A DNA stretch of 64,000 bases from Lachnospiraceae bacterium (GTDB lineage Bacteria > Bacillota > Clostridia > Lachnospirales > Lachnospiraceae). The position numbers were made by a program, and so were the translations under genes. Positions 17,657 through 28,268 of the stretch are shown here, piece by piece. The stretch is from assembly GCA_035270785.1 (NCBI GenBank), contig DATESN010000071.1:137-64136 (forward strand). The letters run 5' to 3'. The number at the start of each line of letters is the position of its first letter. Within the stretch, counting starts at the first letter, position 1. The notes beneath the pieces are model-generated. The model searched no databases and was not told the DNA's origin. It was given only the letters and a program-made list of their open reading frames with translations.

Positions 17657-18604
17657 TTACAATCTGCTTACCTCCCCACCAAGTCTTGAAAAATAATAAA
17701 CATGATCGGATAAAACTTCTTCTACTTCTACTTGAGTTTCATTTACTTCTTTTACCATATTTGCAAACTTATCACATTCCCGTTTATCTTTTGTAGGAAT
17801 GAGAATAACCTCATGAATACTACTTGGTAATATATAAAGGTCACTTTCCACTTCTATTGAAAATCCTTCCAAAACATGATCATATAACATACAAGTTGCA
17901 CCATTCGTCTTTGATTGATTGGTTAGTACATACATTGGTAAATTTTCCTCATTTCTATTTGAGAGTTGTTCATTTAGTTCTTCATTTAATTCTTCGCACC
18001 ATTCCTCTGGAATATCATTTGCATCATTTTCATGTAACATTTCGTTTAATATTTGATTCATATTTTTAATTTCCATATGTAGAAGCTTGGGTGTATTTTT
18101 TTTCGCTTGGGCAAATAATTCTTCTATAGTTACATTCCACATCTTTAGGTGACTATTATGAATAGTAATGGAAGCTCCAGAAAATTGTTCACTAATAATA
18201 AGACAATAAAATACAATTGCCAAGTCAAGATACTTCATATGAGGTATCTGTTCTAATAATTCCAGATTTTTGTCATAGTTAATAATTTTATATGCTATTT
18301 TTTCCTTTACTAATTTATAATCTAAAAAGAAATCCATATTAATATTCTTTCCAACTTTACTTTCTTGATAAATTTGAATTATTTCATTAAAAATATCACT
18401 AAATATTTTTCCTTCTCTATATTCTTCAAAATATCCATTCAAATAAATAGTAGGAGAAATATTATTATCTTTTTCAGCTATGATCATCCCCTCCAAGCAA
18501 ATCCCATTATTCTTTATCACCTGGTTAATAGTAACCATTACCTCTTCACCCATATATTCCTGCACACTTTTACATACTTTTTCTACAAATTCATTAAATT
18601 CCAT
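17657..18604 (-). CDS. DUF5688-like protein
   Basis: The protein starts MEFNEFVEKVCKSVQEYMGEEV and ends ...LPSSIHEVILIP...MVKEVNETQVEVEEVLSDHVYYF. This matches my recollection of the DUF5688 family common in Lachnospiraceae mobile elements. ATG at 18604 with SD GTGAGGAA. Confidence 0.6.
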   Translation of the reverse strand: MEFNEFVEKVCKSVQEYMGEEVMVTINQVIKNNGICLEGMIIAEKDNNISPTIYLNGYFEEYREGKIFSDIFNEIIQIYQESKVGKNINMDFFLDYKLVKEKIAYKIINYDKNLELLEQIPHMKYLDLAIVFYCLIISEQFSGASITIHNSHLKMWNVTIEELFAQAKKNTPKLLHMEIKNMNQILNEMLHENDANDIPEEWCEELNEELNEQLSNRNEENLPMYVLTNQSKTNGATCMLYDHVLEGFSIEVESDLYILPSSIHEVILIPTKDKRECDKFANMVKEVNETQVEVEEVLSDHVYYFSRLGGEVSRL

Positions 18605-18697
18605 AAAATTCCTCACTTTCTAACTATTAGTTTTGATTGGTTTTTTGCTCGAATGAGCGTAAGAAGTCGTTCAACCACATTGGTGAACTTAAAAAAA

Positions 18698-18721
18698 GAC
18701 AACGGAATAGATTCCATTGTC
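18698..18721 (-). terminator. Rho-independent terminator after efp
   Basis: Minus strand GACAATGGAATCTATTCCGTTGTC followed by T7. Confidence 0.65.
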
Positions 18722-18758
18722 TCACAAACTTTGATTATGAAAAGTTACATATCTTCTA

Positions 18759-19316
18759 TCAGGCCCTTGAAAGGTATTCACCTGACCTCGTATCAATCTT
18801 GATTTTATCATTTTGTTCCACAAATAGTGGTACATATACAATTGCCCCAGTTTCAACAACAGCAGGCTTTGTAGCTCCTTGTGCTGTATCTCCTTTAAAT
18901 CCTGGCTCTGTTTCAATAATTTCAAGTTCAACAAATAGAGGTGGTTCTACAGCGTATACATTTCCATTATGGGAACAAACTTTTACCATTTCGTTCTCTT
19001 TTACGAATTTCAATGCATCTCCAATTGATTCAATGTTTAATGCAATTTGTTCATAATTTTCTACATCCATAAAGTTATATAAATCGCCATCCTCATATAA
19101 ATATTGCATATCTTTTCTATCGATACGTGCTTGTGGGAACTTTTCGTTTGGTCTAAAAGTTTTTTCAACCACACCGCCACTTTTGATATTCTTTAATTTG
19201 GTTCTTACGAAAGCAGCACCTTTACCTGGTTTGACGTGCTGAAACTCAATAATCTGATAAATATTATTTTCGTATTCCATCGTAATACCATTTCTGAAAT
19301 CACCTGCAGAAATCAT
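18759..19316 (-). CDS. efp: Translation elongation factor P
   Basis: [48 protein letters not shown] is a canonical EF-P sequence. Confidence 0.95.
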   Translation of the reverse strand: MISAGDFRNGITMEYENNIYQIIEFQHVKPGKGAAFVRTKLKNIKSGGVVEKTFRPNEKFPQARIDRKDMQYLYEDGDLYNFMDVENYEQIALNIESIGDALKFVKENEMVKVCSHNGNVYAVEPPLFVELEIIETEPGFKGDTAQGATKPAVVETGAIVYVPLFVEQNDKIKIDTRSGEYLSRA

Positions 19317-19385
19317 TTAATAATCCTCCTAAAAATTCACGTTATAATTCTTTTATAGTGTATACTATAAACTCACTTTTTTCAA

Positions 19386-19814
19386 CTATTTTTTCAGGAT
19401 ATAATCAATTGCTTGAACATATCCATTTAATCCTTGTCCAAATATCTGTTTATCACAGACTTCTGCTGTTACTGAAACCTTACGAAACTCTTCTCTATTT
19501 GTAATATCCGAAATATGGATTTCTACTTTTGGAATAGTTACACTAGAAAGCGCATCTCGTATAGCATAACTGTAATGGGTGTATGCACCTGGATTAATTA
19601 CTATTCCCTCTGTTCCATCAAAATAGGAATCCTGAATACGATCTATGATGGCACCTTCGTGGTTTGATTGAAACACCTCGATTTTACATTTTTCTTCTTC
19701 GCCTTTTTTTGAAATGATATTCAACAGGTAATCGTAATCTTCTGCCCCATAGATACTTTTTTCTCTAATTCCCAAAAAATTTAAATTGGGACCATTTATT
19801 ACTAGTATATTCAT
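19386..19814 (-). CDS. aroQ: Type II 3-dehydroquinate dehydratase
   Basis: MNILVINGPNLNFLGIREKSIYG...FQSNHEGAIIDRIQ. ATG at 19814 with SD AGGGAG. Confidence 0.9.
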   Translation of the reverse strand: MNILVINGPNLNFLGIREKSIYGAEDYDYLLNIISKKGEEEKCKIEVFQSNHEGAIIDRIQDSYFDGTEGIVINPGAYTHYSYAIRDALSSVTIPKVEIHISDITNREEFRKVSVTAEVCDKQIFGQGLNGYVQAIDYILKK

Positions 19815-19870
19815 ATTTAAACTCCCTATATGCCCTATCATTATGCACTATCAGTGATTGAAGTGTTTTA

Positions 19871-20377
19871 TTAATAAATACCCACCACAATTTCATTTAT
19901 TATTTCATCAAATGTTTTGCCATCAGTTTCAATGATTCGTGTCGCTGCTTCCTCGTAAATAGGCTCTCTTTTTAACATCATGGAACTAATTTTTTCAAGT
20001 GGTTGTTCTCCTTGTAATAGTGGCCTTTGGGTATCGTGTTCTAATCTTGAATAAATAGTAAAAGGAGATGCTTTCAAATAAATAACTTGCCCCATTTCCT
20101 TTAATAGTGCCCTATTTTCTTTTCGTAAGGGAAGTCCACCACCAACAGAAATAATTTGTCTTGTTTGATTGTTCCTTATTTTCTCTAAATAACTCGATTC
20201 CAAGTCTCGAAAATATTCTTCTCCATAGTTGGTGAATATCTGGGATATTGTAGCATTCTGTTCTTTTTCAATTTGTTTATCTACATCTATCATAGTAAGC
20301 TCCAATTTATAGGAAAGCCTTAGACCAACCGTAGACTTACCAGAACCCATAAAACCTATCAGTATTATATTATTCAT
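19871..20377 (-). CDS. aroK: Shikimate kinase
   Basis: Walker A motif IILIGFMGSGKSTVG; 168 aa. The start overlaps the end of aroE by 8 nt. Confidence 0.9.
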   Translation of the reverse strand: MNNIILIGFMGSGKSTVGLRLSYKLELTMIDVDKQIEKEQNATISQIFTNYGEEYFRDLESSYLEKIRNNQTRQIISVGGGLPLRKENRALLKEMGQVIYLKASPFTIYSRLEHDTQRPLLQGEQPLEKISSMMLKREPIYEEAATRIIETDGKTFDEIINEIVVGIY

Positions 20378-21251
20378 TTATCTTTTTCTCTATCTCTTTC
20401 ATCATCTGTATATAGACATATTCTGCTTGACTTTCAGATATACTCACTTGATTCCAAAGTTCATAAGCGATTACCCCTTGATATAATAACATCTTAAGTC
20501 CATTAAATGCCCGTCCTCCCCCTTGTTCTACATTGGACATGAATTTTGTTTTTACCGGATTGTAAATTAAGTCATAGCCCGTATGTATTTTTTTATAAAA
20601 GGATTTATCCTCGATTGGTGCCTCCGATATATTTGGGCTAAGGCCAACGCTAGTCCCTTGAATCGCCAAGTAATGTTTATCTGGCAAAAGGTGATGGTCA
20701 CTCATTTTCATAGGTACAATAGATGATGTATGAAAACAATGATTTACCTCATTAGCCACTTGTTCCGCTTTTTCTAGCGTTCGATTAAGCAGAAAAATAC
20801 GATGAGCCCCATTGGATGCACATAGGAACGCCACTGCTCTTGCTGCTCCTCCTGCACCTAGAATAATGATGTCCTCACCTTTCAATAAAATTCCTTCTGT
20901 ATTCATAGCTCGAAGTAGCCCTAACATATCCGTATTATATCCCTTGAATCCATCTTCCATTCGAACTAGCGTATTCACAGCACCAATATTTTCTGCTAAT
21001 TCATCAATTTCACATAACAGAGGAATAATATCGCTTTTGTATGGAATGGTTACATTCATTCCCAGTATATTTAATCCAAAGGCCCCTTTGATTGCTTCTA
21101 TTAACTTTTCTTTCTCTACTAAAAAAGGAATATAGACGAGATTATGGTCTTGAAGACTTGCAAGGGTATTGTGAATCATTGGTGATAATGTATGTTCTAC
21201 TGGATTGCCTACAAGTCCACACGTCCTTGTTTTTCCATTAATACTTATCAA
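20370..21251 (-). CDS. aroE: Shikimate dehydrogenase
   Basis: GLVGNPVEHTLSPMIHN, NVTIPYK and the NTD...GAGGAARA Rossmann motif. Confidence 0.9.
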   Translation of the reverse strand: MISINGKTRTCGLVGNPVEHTLSPMIHNTLASLQDHNLVYIPFLVEKEKLIEAIKGAFGLNILGMNVTIPYKSDIIPLLCEIDELAENIGAVNTLVRMEDGFKGYNTDMLGLLRAMNTEGILLKGEDIIILGAGGAARAVAFLCASNGAHRIFLLNRTLEKAEQVANEVNHCFHTSSIVPMKMSDHHLLPDKHYLAIQGTSVGLSPNISEAPIEDKSFYKKIHTGYDLIYNPVKTKFMSNVEQGGGRAFNGLKMLLYQGVIAYELWNQVSISESQAEYVYIQMMKEIEKKINE

Positions 21252-21255
21252 TCTT

Positions 21256-21765
21256 TTATTCCCCCTTACTTCCTTTTCTCATATAAAAATAAAGAACTAT
21301 CTTTTCAAAGAATCGTTTAATAACAATTTGAATTTCTTCCTTTTTATCAATTGGTTTTACTAAATATGTTGTAATTCCCGCTTTTTTTGCACCCCATACA
21401 TCTGTAAATAATTGATCCCCTATAAAGAGCGTATTACTACAATCTGTGCCTAACTCTTCCATTGCTTTTACATAATTCTTGGTGCTAGGCTTATGAGCCT
21501 TGAAAATATAGGATCCATACCCCACCGCTTCTTGAAAACTTTTTACCCGTTGTTCCTTATTATTTGATAACAGCATCACTTTAAATCCCAATTCCTTTAA
21601 CATGATAAAAAGTTTGATGCTCCTTTTATCTGCCGGTGCGCCGTGAGGAACAAGAGTATTATCAACATCGAAGATGACCCCGCGATATCCTTGGTGATAT
21701 AACCTTCTAAAATCTATTTCATATGTTGAATTATAATATTGATGTGGATAAAACCGTTGCAACAT
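21256..21765 (-). CDS. yqeG: YqeG-family HAD-IIIA phosphatase
   Basis: DVDNTLVPHG (HAD motif I) and GDQLFTDVWGAKKAG, plus the conserved yqeG-aroE neighbourhood. The preferred ATG is at 21765 (SD GGAG). Confidence 0.8.
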   Translation of the reverse strand: MLQRFYPHQYYNSTYEIDFRRLYHQGYRGVIFDVDNTLVPHGAPADKRSIKLFIMLKELGFKVMLLSNNKEQRVKSFQEAVGYGSYIFKAHKPSTKNYVKAMEELGTDCSNTLFIGDQLFTDVWGAKKAGITTYLVKPIDKKEEIQIVIKRFFEKIVLYFYMRKGSKGE

Positions 21766-21830
21766 TCTAGCTCCATTTCTCTTAATCATAAGAAGTGTAT
21801 TTGTAATTGATGATTTCTATTATAACAAAA

Positions 21831-21852
21831 CACCTTGCATTTCTGCAAGGTG
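21831..21852 (-). terminator. Rho-independent terminator
   Basis: CACCTTGCA-GAAA-TGCAAGGTG on the minus strand, followed by TTTTGTT. Confidence 0.6.
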
Positions 21853-21912
21853 CTTACATTCTTTATATAAAATATTCCTTATATGAAATATTCAATAAAT
21901 AAAATCTCCGTT

Positions 21913-22323
21913 TTATTTTTGAATAACAAGACCATCCATACTATTTGAGATTATATTTTGTGAGCTACCAACAAAATATTGATATTGTTGAAGTACTTGG
22001 TCCTTTTGCATATCAGAAATTGCTTTTTCCATATCTAGAGTTTCTATCGAACTATCTTTACCGATGAAATCAAAATCATCTGCCTTATTAAAGGTCAATG
22101 ATATATTTTCTAAATTAGCAATTCTACTTCTATTATCTTGTTCTAACTCAGGGAGAGAATAATTATTTTGTAATGATGTTATATTTTCACTTTCATCAGA
22201 GGTTTTCTTTAAATCTTCCTGACTTTTTATAGTATCCATAGTAACGGTTTTTATATTTTGAAATAAATAACTATTATAAAGCCCGCCATATTGACTTAAT
22301 CCATCAATTGACATTATTCTCAC
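21913..22323 (-). CDS. Hypothetical protein
   Basis: 136 aa, hydrophilic and Ser/Asn/Gln-rich. No recognisable motif. A terminator lies downstream. Confidence 0.45.
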   Translation of the reverse strand: MRIMSIDGLSQYGGLYNSYLFQNIKTVTMDTIKSQEDLKKTSDESENITSLQNNYSLPELEQDNRSRIANLENISLTFNKADDFDFIGKDSSIETLDMEKAISDMQKDQVLQQYQYFVGSSQNIISNSMDGLVIQK

Positions 22324-22436
22324 CTCCTTAATTTACATAATATGTTTACAATACAATTATACTAATGAATTGTTCTGTTTGCAATAAATATATCGGCAAA
22401 TACCGTGAATAGTTTAGTAATTATTACAAGATTCAT

Positions 22437-23189
22437 TTATTTAACCCTATTTTGTATTCCGGCAGAGTCTAATAACGTTTTTGTATAGGAATGTTGTGGT
22501 GAAAAATATACCTTATCAACTTCCCCTTCCTCAACAATCTCTCCATGTTTCATAATCATAACGTGATCACACATTTGATACACAATTCTCAAATCATGTG
22601 ATATAAATAGAATCGCTAAACCCATTTCTCTTTGTAATCTCAATAATAAAGTTACCATTTGTAATTGTATGGTTACATCAAGTGCAGAAAGTGGTTCATC
22701 TGCAATTAATAGTTTTGGTTCTAGCATTAAAGCTGCTGCAATACATACTCTTTGTCTCTGCCCCCCAGAGAGTTGATGTGAAAAATGCTCCATGTATTTT
22801 TCTTCTAATCCAACTTTCTGTAACATTTCAATTGCTTTTTTTCGCATAAGCGACTTGTTTTTCATCCCACTGTTTCGTAATGGTTCTTGTAATATCCATC
22901 CAACGGTCTTCACAGGATTCAATGATCCATATGGATCTTGAAATATCATTTGTGGCCTATCTGAATAATGAATGATTGTTCCATCCACGTTTTTTACCAT
23001 TCCTAATATTGCTTTTGCAAGGGTTGATTTTCCACAACCACTTTCACCAACCAAACCAAGAACTTCTCCTTGCCCTATGGAAAAAGTAATATTTTTAAGT
23101 ATTTGCTTGGTAATCTTTTTTTCAAAAACAAACTTTGTTTGCTGCTTATAGAAAACATTCAAATCTAACACTTCTAATATTGTATTCAT
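22437..23189 (-). CDS. ABC transporter ATP-binding protein (OppF/DppF/NikE type)
   Basis: Walker A GESGCGKST, signature LSGGQRQR and Walker B LLIADEP. Confidence 0.9.
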   Translation of the reverse strand: MNTILEVLDLNVFYKQQTKFVFEKKITKQILKNITFSIGQGEVLGLVGESGCGKSTLAKAILGMVKNVDGTIIHYSDRPQMIFQDPYGSLNPVKTVGWILQEPLRNSGMKNKSLMRKKAIEMLQKVGLEEKYMEHFSHQLSGGQRQRVCIAAALMLEPKLLIADEPLSALDVTIQLQMVTLLLRLQREMGLAILFISHDLRIVYQMCDHVMIMKHGEIVEEGEVDKVYFSPQHSYTKTLLDSAGIQNRVK

Positions 23190-23197
23190 AAACGCCC

Positions 23198-24001
23198 CTA
23201 TTTATTACAAATTTTATTTTTTTTAAAATCAGGTATAGCACCGATTAATTGTTTGGTATATTCCTCTTTGGGGTTACTGAAAATTTCTTCTGTAGGTGAA
23301 TCTTCTAGTATATAGCCACCATGCATCACAATCACCCTCGTACATAATTGTCGGACCAAACTTAAATCATGGGAGATAAACAAAATGGCTGTCTTTTTTT
23401 CTCGATTAATCTTTTTCAATAATTTTACGATTTGATTTTGAATGGTAACGTCCAATGCTGTTGTTGGCTCATCTGCGATTAAGATCTTTGGGTCACATAT
23501 CATTGCAGATGCAATCATAACCCTTTGTCTCATTCCACCCGATAATTCATGGGGATACTTATCATATATTCCTTCTGGATCATCCAGTTCTACTTCTTTT
23601 AAAACCTTAAGTGCGCGTTTTTTACGTTCATCCTTTGTAAGGTTTTGATGGATCCGAAGACTTTCTTCAACCTGCCATCCAATTTTTTTTACAGGATTAA
23701 GCGAAGTCATTGGTTCTTGAAAAATCATACTTATGGAATTCCCCTGATATTGGCGTAGTATGGAACGTTGACAAGTTAATAGATTATTTCCATCAAACAG
23801 AATTTGTCCTTTTTTCTCCATGTCATGACGCCTTAAAAGTCCTGCAATCGCCAAAGCGGTCATGGTCTTTCCCGATCCAGACTCCCCAACAATTCCGATA
23901 ATATCACCACATTCCACTTCCATATTAAAATCAAAGACAACTGTTTCTGGAATCAAATGATCATGAAATTCTATATGTAAATCTTTCACTTCCAATAACA
24001 T
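23198..24001 (-). CDS. ABC transporter ATP-binding protein (OppD/DppD/NikD type)
   Basis: Walker A GESGSGKT, signature LSGGMRQR and Walker B ILIADEPTTALD. Confidence 0.9.
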   Translation of the reverse strand: MLLEVKDLHIEFHDHLIPETVVFDFNMEVECGDIIGIVGESGSGKTMTALAIAGLLRRHDMEKKGQILFDGNNLLTCQRSILRQYQGNSISMIFQEPMTSLNPVKKIGWQVEESLRIHQNLTKDERKKRALKVLKEVELDDPEGIYDKYPHELSGGMRQRVMIASAMICDPKILIADEPTTALDVTIQNQIVKLLKKINREKKTAILFISHDLSLVRQLCTRVIVMHGGYILEDSPTEEIFSNPKEEYTKQLIGAIPDFKKNKICNK

Positions 24002-24012
24002 ACTTTATCTCC

Positions 24013-24807
24013 TTATTCTTTCAGGCCTTCACCTAACAAACTGAATCCTAAAACTAATAAAATAATCATTACTCCAGGGGCCACACCGTACCAAGGTGCT
24101 GAAAAAAGATAGGTCTGCGATTCCGATAGCATGCGTCCCAAACTTGCATCTGGAGGTTGTACTCCAATTCCCAAATAACTCATTCCAGCTTCTGCTAACA
24201 CTGCATTATTAAAACCAATCATGATGGATGAAACAAGTACTGGAAGAATATTAGGTAAAATATGTACAAACATAACTCTGATATCACTTGCCCCTGATAA
24301 CTTTGCACTCTTTACATAATCCAGATTACGACAATGCATAAATTCACTTCTTACAAGACGAGCAAAACTTGGAATAAAAGCAATTCCAAGTGCAATAATT
24401 ACATTGTATTTTCCGCTTCCTAGCAAGCTGATGAAAACCAGTGCTAAAAGAATGCTTGGAAAGGCAAACACGGCATCGTTGATACGCATTAACAGTTCAT
24501 CAATAATGCCACCAAAATATCCTGTGATAGCACCAAGCATAATTCCAAAAAAAGTTCCTATAAAAACAGTCCCCGCAGCAACCAAAAGAGTGATTCCACT
24601 TCCTTTAATAACACGACTAAATATATCTCTGCCAAAATTATCGCATCCCATAATATGCTTCCATGAAATACCTGCAAGTTTTTTTGTTGCATCCATCTTT
24701 TCAGGATCATACGGGGTATAAAAAATACCAACAAAAATAAAAAGTAGCATTACTCCAGTTATAGAAGCTCCAATGATTAAATTATAATTCTTTTTCTTTT
24801 TAAGCAT
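24013..24807 (-). CDS. ABC transporter permease (DppC/OppC/NikC type)
   Basis: 264 aa polytopic protein with the EAA-like loop SAKLSGASDIRVMFVHILPN. Confidence 0.85.
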   Translation of the reverse strand: MLKKKKNYNLIIGASITGVMLLFIFVGIFYTPYDPEKMDATKKLAGISWKHIMGCDNFGRDIFSRVIKGSGITLLVAAGTVFIGTFFGIMLGAITGYFGGIIDELLMRINDAVFAFPSILLALVFISLLGSGKYNVIIALGIAFIPSFARLVRSEFMHCRNLDYVKSAKLSGASDIRVMFVHILPNILPVLVSSIMIGFNNAVLAEAGMSYLGIGVQPPDASLGRMLSESQTYLFSAPWYGVAPGVMIILLVLGFSLLGEGLKE

Positions 24808-24826
24808 CTTTGAATTCCTATCTTTT

Positions 24827-25768
24827 TTAATTTTGTCTCATTCGTGGATCTATAAAACGATAAATTAAATCTACAAACAAATTAACAACAATTACTAAAA
24901 ATGCAATTAATACTATAATTGCTTGTACTACTGGATAATCTCTATTAGAAATCGAGGTTAACAAGATTCTACCAATCCCTGGAATTCCAAAAACTTGTTC
25001 TATAATAACACTCCCTGCTATCATATCTGTAAAAGCCATTCCAAAAAATGTTATCACTGGAATTAATGCATTTTTTAGTACATGATGATATAACACTCCA
25101 TTTGTAGTATTTCCCTTACTAAAAGCCGTTCTACTATAATCCAATTTGGCTTGTTCGCTTAAAGAGCTACGCAAAATTTTGATAGACATGGCACATTTGG
25201 GGAGAGAAATAGCGATTGCTGGTGTTATTAGATAGGCTAGAAACTGTGGAATTCCCTCTTTATAAGAGACAAACCCTCCAGGCACAAACCATTTTAAAAT
25301 AAGCCCAAATAGATAGGTTAGAAGAATTCCTGCAAAAAAAGGTGGGATTGACATCACCACTTGATTAAGTACCATAATGGACTTATCAACCAAACTCCCT
25401 TCATGCTTTGCTGTATATAATCCTAATGGGATAGAAATTGTAATCATAATTAAAAAGGCTATTCCTGTTAATGTAAAGGTAATGGGTAACTTTTCGGCAA
25501 TTATTTTACCAACCGGCATATTGTAACTATAAGAAGTTCCCATGTCACCTTGAATAAAGTAATACAACCAATTGCCATATCGAATGAATAAGGGATCGTT
25601 TAATCCATTTTCTGTTCTAAATGCATCTAAACGTTCTGGTGTTGCTTCCATTCCAAGCTTTGACATCGCTGGATCACCTGGAATGATAGTAAAAGCAAGA
25701 AAGACAAGAAAAGAAACGATGAGTAAGGTAGTGAACAGCATAATAATTCTTTTCCCAATATATTTCAT
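24827..25768 (-). CDS. ABC transporter permease (DppB/OppB/NikB type)
   Basis: 313 aa polytopic protein with a typical N-terminus (KYIGKRIIMLFTTLLIVSFLVF) and a C-terminal DPRMR. Confidence 0.85.
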   Translation of the reverse strand: MKYIGKRIIMLFTTLLIVSFLVFLAFTIIPGDPAMSKLGMEATPERLDAFRTENGLNDPLFIRYGNWLYYFIQGDMGTSYSYNMPVGKIIAEKLPITFTLTGIAFLIMITISIPLGLYTAKHEGSLVDKSIMVLNQVVMSIPPFFAGILLTYLFGLILKWFVPGGFVSYKEGIPQFLAYLITPAIAISLPKCAMSIKILRSSLSEQAKLDYSRTAFSKGNTTNGVLYHHVLKNALIPVITFFGMAFTDMIAGSVIIEQVFGIPGIGRILLTSISNRDYPVVQAIIVLIAFLVIVVNLFVDLIYRFIDPRMRQN

Positions 25769-25799
25769 ATTCTTGCCTACTTCCTTTTATTTTTTATTC

Positions 25800-27359
25800 T
25801 TATTCTACTACATATAATTTAGCAAAATCTTGTACATATAATGGGTAGAATACATATCCAGAAAACTTTTTATTTATTGCTACCATAGAAGCCATATCTT
25901 GAATATAAACATTTGCAGCATCTTCTGCAAGTATCCTTTGGCATTCCTTATAGTATTTTGTTTGTTGTTCAATATCAGTTGACGATGCAGCATTTTCAAA
26001 GGCTATATCATATGCATCATTTTTATAATTAATAAAGTTACCACTAGAGGAAGATGTGAATCTTTCAAGCAAGGCACCTGCCGTTAAACTTGACGCATCA
26101 ACTCCAATCACAGTTGCTTCATAATCTCTGTCCGCATAAACCTCACTTAACCAAGTATCCCATTCAACTAAGTTAATATTGGCAATGACACCAATTTCCT
26201 TAAACTCTTGTGCCAGAACTTGAGCAGTATCTACATGTTGCTGATAATTAGAAGGAACAGTAATGGTAAAAGAAAATCCATTAGAGTATCCAGCTTCTGT
26301 CAAAAGCTCTTTTGCTTTTGTTATATCCTGATTATATACATCATTTAACTCTTCCATGAAGTATTTACCAAAAGAAGGAAACATACTGCTTCCAATTTCA
26401 GTTCCTTTTCCATCAGAAATATACAACATAATTTCTTTTGGATCAATGGCATAACAAAGTGCCTTTCTTACTCGAATGTCTGTAAAAGGCTCCACACTAT
26501 TATTTAAATACATGGCTTGTACAAGATTCATCGTGCCTTCAAGCACATCAAAGTCTTTTTCATCAAGCTCTGCAGCTTGGGCTGTAGTAATACGACAAAT
26601 CATGTCCACAGAGCCACCTTTAAGATTAGTTACAATCATATCTGCATCCGAAATAATCTTAAGTGTAACATGTTCAATATTTGCCGGTGTTCCCCAATAG
26701 TCATCAAACTTTTCTAACATAAAGTTTTCCTGTGGAGAACGGGATACATATTTATACGGTCCAGTGCCAATGGAAATACCATCTGGATCCTTATTGGATG
26801 CTGGAATAATTGCCGTTGTCATATAAGTAAGAAAATCTGTATTAGGTTCTTTTAAAATAATTTCCACCGTTGAATCATCCATGATATTGGTGCTCTCTAT
26901 ATTAGAAAACGCCGGTACCAAAGGACTTGCATTACTGGTATCGGCGCATTTATCGATTGAAAATTTCACGTCCTCTACTGTAACTGTACTTCCATCATGG
27001 AATTTAATACCTTCTCTCAAATAGAAGATATAAGTTTTACCATCTGGGGATATGGCATAGTCTTTTGCTACTGCAGGGATTAAATTACCATCACTATCCG
27101 GCTTTACTAAACCTTCATAAATATTAAAGAATACCTCTTTTGTTCCTGCCGCAACTGCTTTGTGTGGGTCAAGACTGTCTTCTAGATCTTGTGGTATTCC
27201 AATGATAATTTTAGAAGAATTGCTTTCTACTTTGCCACTATTCTTAGTTTCTTTCGTAGACTCTCCACCTGCCTTATCACCTGAACAAGCGCTCAGTGCA
27301 ATAGTTAGTGTCAATAACACAGACACTAAAAGGATATCTTTTACTCCTTTTTTCTTCAT
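25800..27359 (-). CDS. ABC transporter substrate-binding lipoprotein (family 5, peptide/nickel)
   Basis: Signal peptide with lipobox LTIALSAC. The 519 aa length and motifs such as GTGPYK are typical of family 5 binding proteins. Confidence 0.85.
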   Translation of the reverse strand: MKKKGVKDILLVSVLLTLTIALSACSGDKAGGESTKETKNSGKVESNSSKIIIGIPQDLEDSLDPHKAVAAGTKEVFFNIYEGLVKPDSDGNLIPAVAKDYAISPDGKTYIFYLREGIKFHDGSTVTVEDVKFSIDKCADTSNASPLVPAFSNIESTNIMDDSTVEIILKEPNTDFLTYMTTAIIPASNKDPDGISIGTGPYKYVSRSPQENFMLEKFDDYWGTPANIEHVTLKIISDADMIVTNLKGGSVDMICRITTAQAAELDEKDFDVLEGTMNLVQAMYLNNSVEPFTDIRVRKALCYAIDPKEIMLYISDGKGTEIGSSMFPSFGKYFMEELNDVYNQDITKAKELLTEAGYSNGFSFTITVPSNYQQHVDTAQVLAQEFKEIGVIANINLVEWDTWLSEVYADRDYEATVIGVDASSLTAGALLERFTSSSSGNFINYKNDAYDIAFENAASSTDIEQQTKYYKECQRILAEDAANVYIQDMASMVAINKKFSGYVFYPLYVQDFAKLYVVE

Positions 27360-27399
27360 GTGTTGTTCCTCTCTTTATTCCATTATTTAGTTGTTCGAT

Positions 27400-27432
27400 G
27401 AAAAAAAGCGAAGAGCACTACCACTCTTCGCT
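27400..27432 (-). terminator. Rho-independent terminator after nrdR
   Basis: 9-bp stem AGCGAAGAG/CTCTTCGCT with an 8-nt loop, followed on the minus strand by T7. Confidence 0.7.
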
Positions 27433-27493
27433 GTATGCATCTGATATATTGTATATAAATTTTCTTAAAAAATCAAGATGCTTTTCAATTTTA

Positions 27494-27943
27494 TTATTTC
27501 AATACTTTCTTTAGTTCATCCATAAAAGTATTAATATCTTTAAATTCACGATAAACAGATGCAAACCTTACATAAGCAACTGCTTCCAAATCCTTTAATT
27601 TATTCATAACAAGCTCACCTATTGTATCACTTGGTATTTCTTTTTCTTCCATATTAAAAACCGCTGTTTCCACTTCATCTACTAACTGATTAATTTGATT
27701 AGCACTGATAGGACGCTTATGACATGCACGTAAAACACCTGCTTCAATTTTAGATCTATCATAGGTTTCTCTATTATTATCCTTTTTAATAATAATAAGA
27801 GGTATTGTCTCAATCTTTTCGTAAGTCGTAAATCTCTTATCACATTCATCGCATGCACGACGTCTTCTAATCGTATTATTATCTTCCGCTGGTCTTGAAT
27901 CGATCACCCTTGTATTCTCATGACCACAAAAAGGACATTTCAT
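27494..27943 (-). CDS. nrdR: Transcriptional repressor NrdR
   Basis: [42 protein letters not shown] gives the zinc ribbon, followed by an ATP-cone. Confidence 0.95.
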   Translation of the reverse strand: MKCPFCGHENTRVIDSRPAEDNNTIRRRRACDECDKRFTTYEKIETIPLIIIKKDNNRETYDRSKIEAGVLRACHKRPISANQINQLVDEVETAVFNMEEKEIPSDTIGELVMNKLKDLEAVAYVRFASVYREFKDINTFMDELKKVLK

Positions 27944-28040
27944 ATGTAGCTCCCCCTTATACTAACAATATACACAGTATTTTTATTTAACAATCTCATT
28001 ATATGCTATTGATTTTTTTATGTCAATTATTTTATGGAAA

Positions 28041-28268
28041 CTAAATATCCACTAAAATAATATCAGGTCCAATTTGTTTAATATCACGATAACAAATGAT
28101 TATATCCGCATCGCAGCTTAAAAATGCTAACCATTTACCTTTTCCTGGAATAATAATCTTACATATTTCACCGGTGCATTCATTAAACTCTATATCATAT
28201 ACACGACCTAACTTTTTACAATCTCTAATGTTAATAACATCTTTACATTTAAATTCGGAAAATAGCAT
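28041..28268 (-). CDS. ylmC: YlmC/YmxH-family sporulation protein (PRC-barrel)
   Basis: 75 aa: FSEFKCKDVINIRDCKKLGRVYDIEFNECTGEICKIIIPG...IKQIGPDIILVDI. Confidence 0.85.
   Translation of the reverse strand: MLFSEFKCKDVINIRDCKKLGRVYDIEFNECTGEICKIIIPGKGKWLAFLSCDADIIICYRDIKQIGPDIILVDI

Noticed and set aside
17453-17689. 78-aa ORF starting MHPAGIEPALKASEASVLSIRLRVP
   Set aside because: This is the typical translation of the antisense strand of a tRNA gene. The region folds into tRNA-Arg(CCG) on the minus strand.
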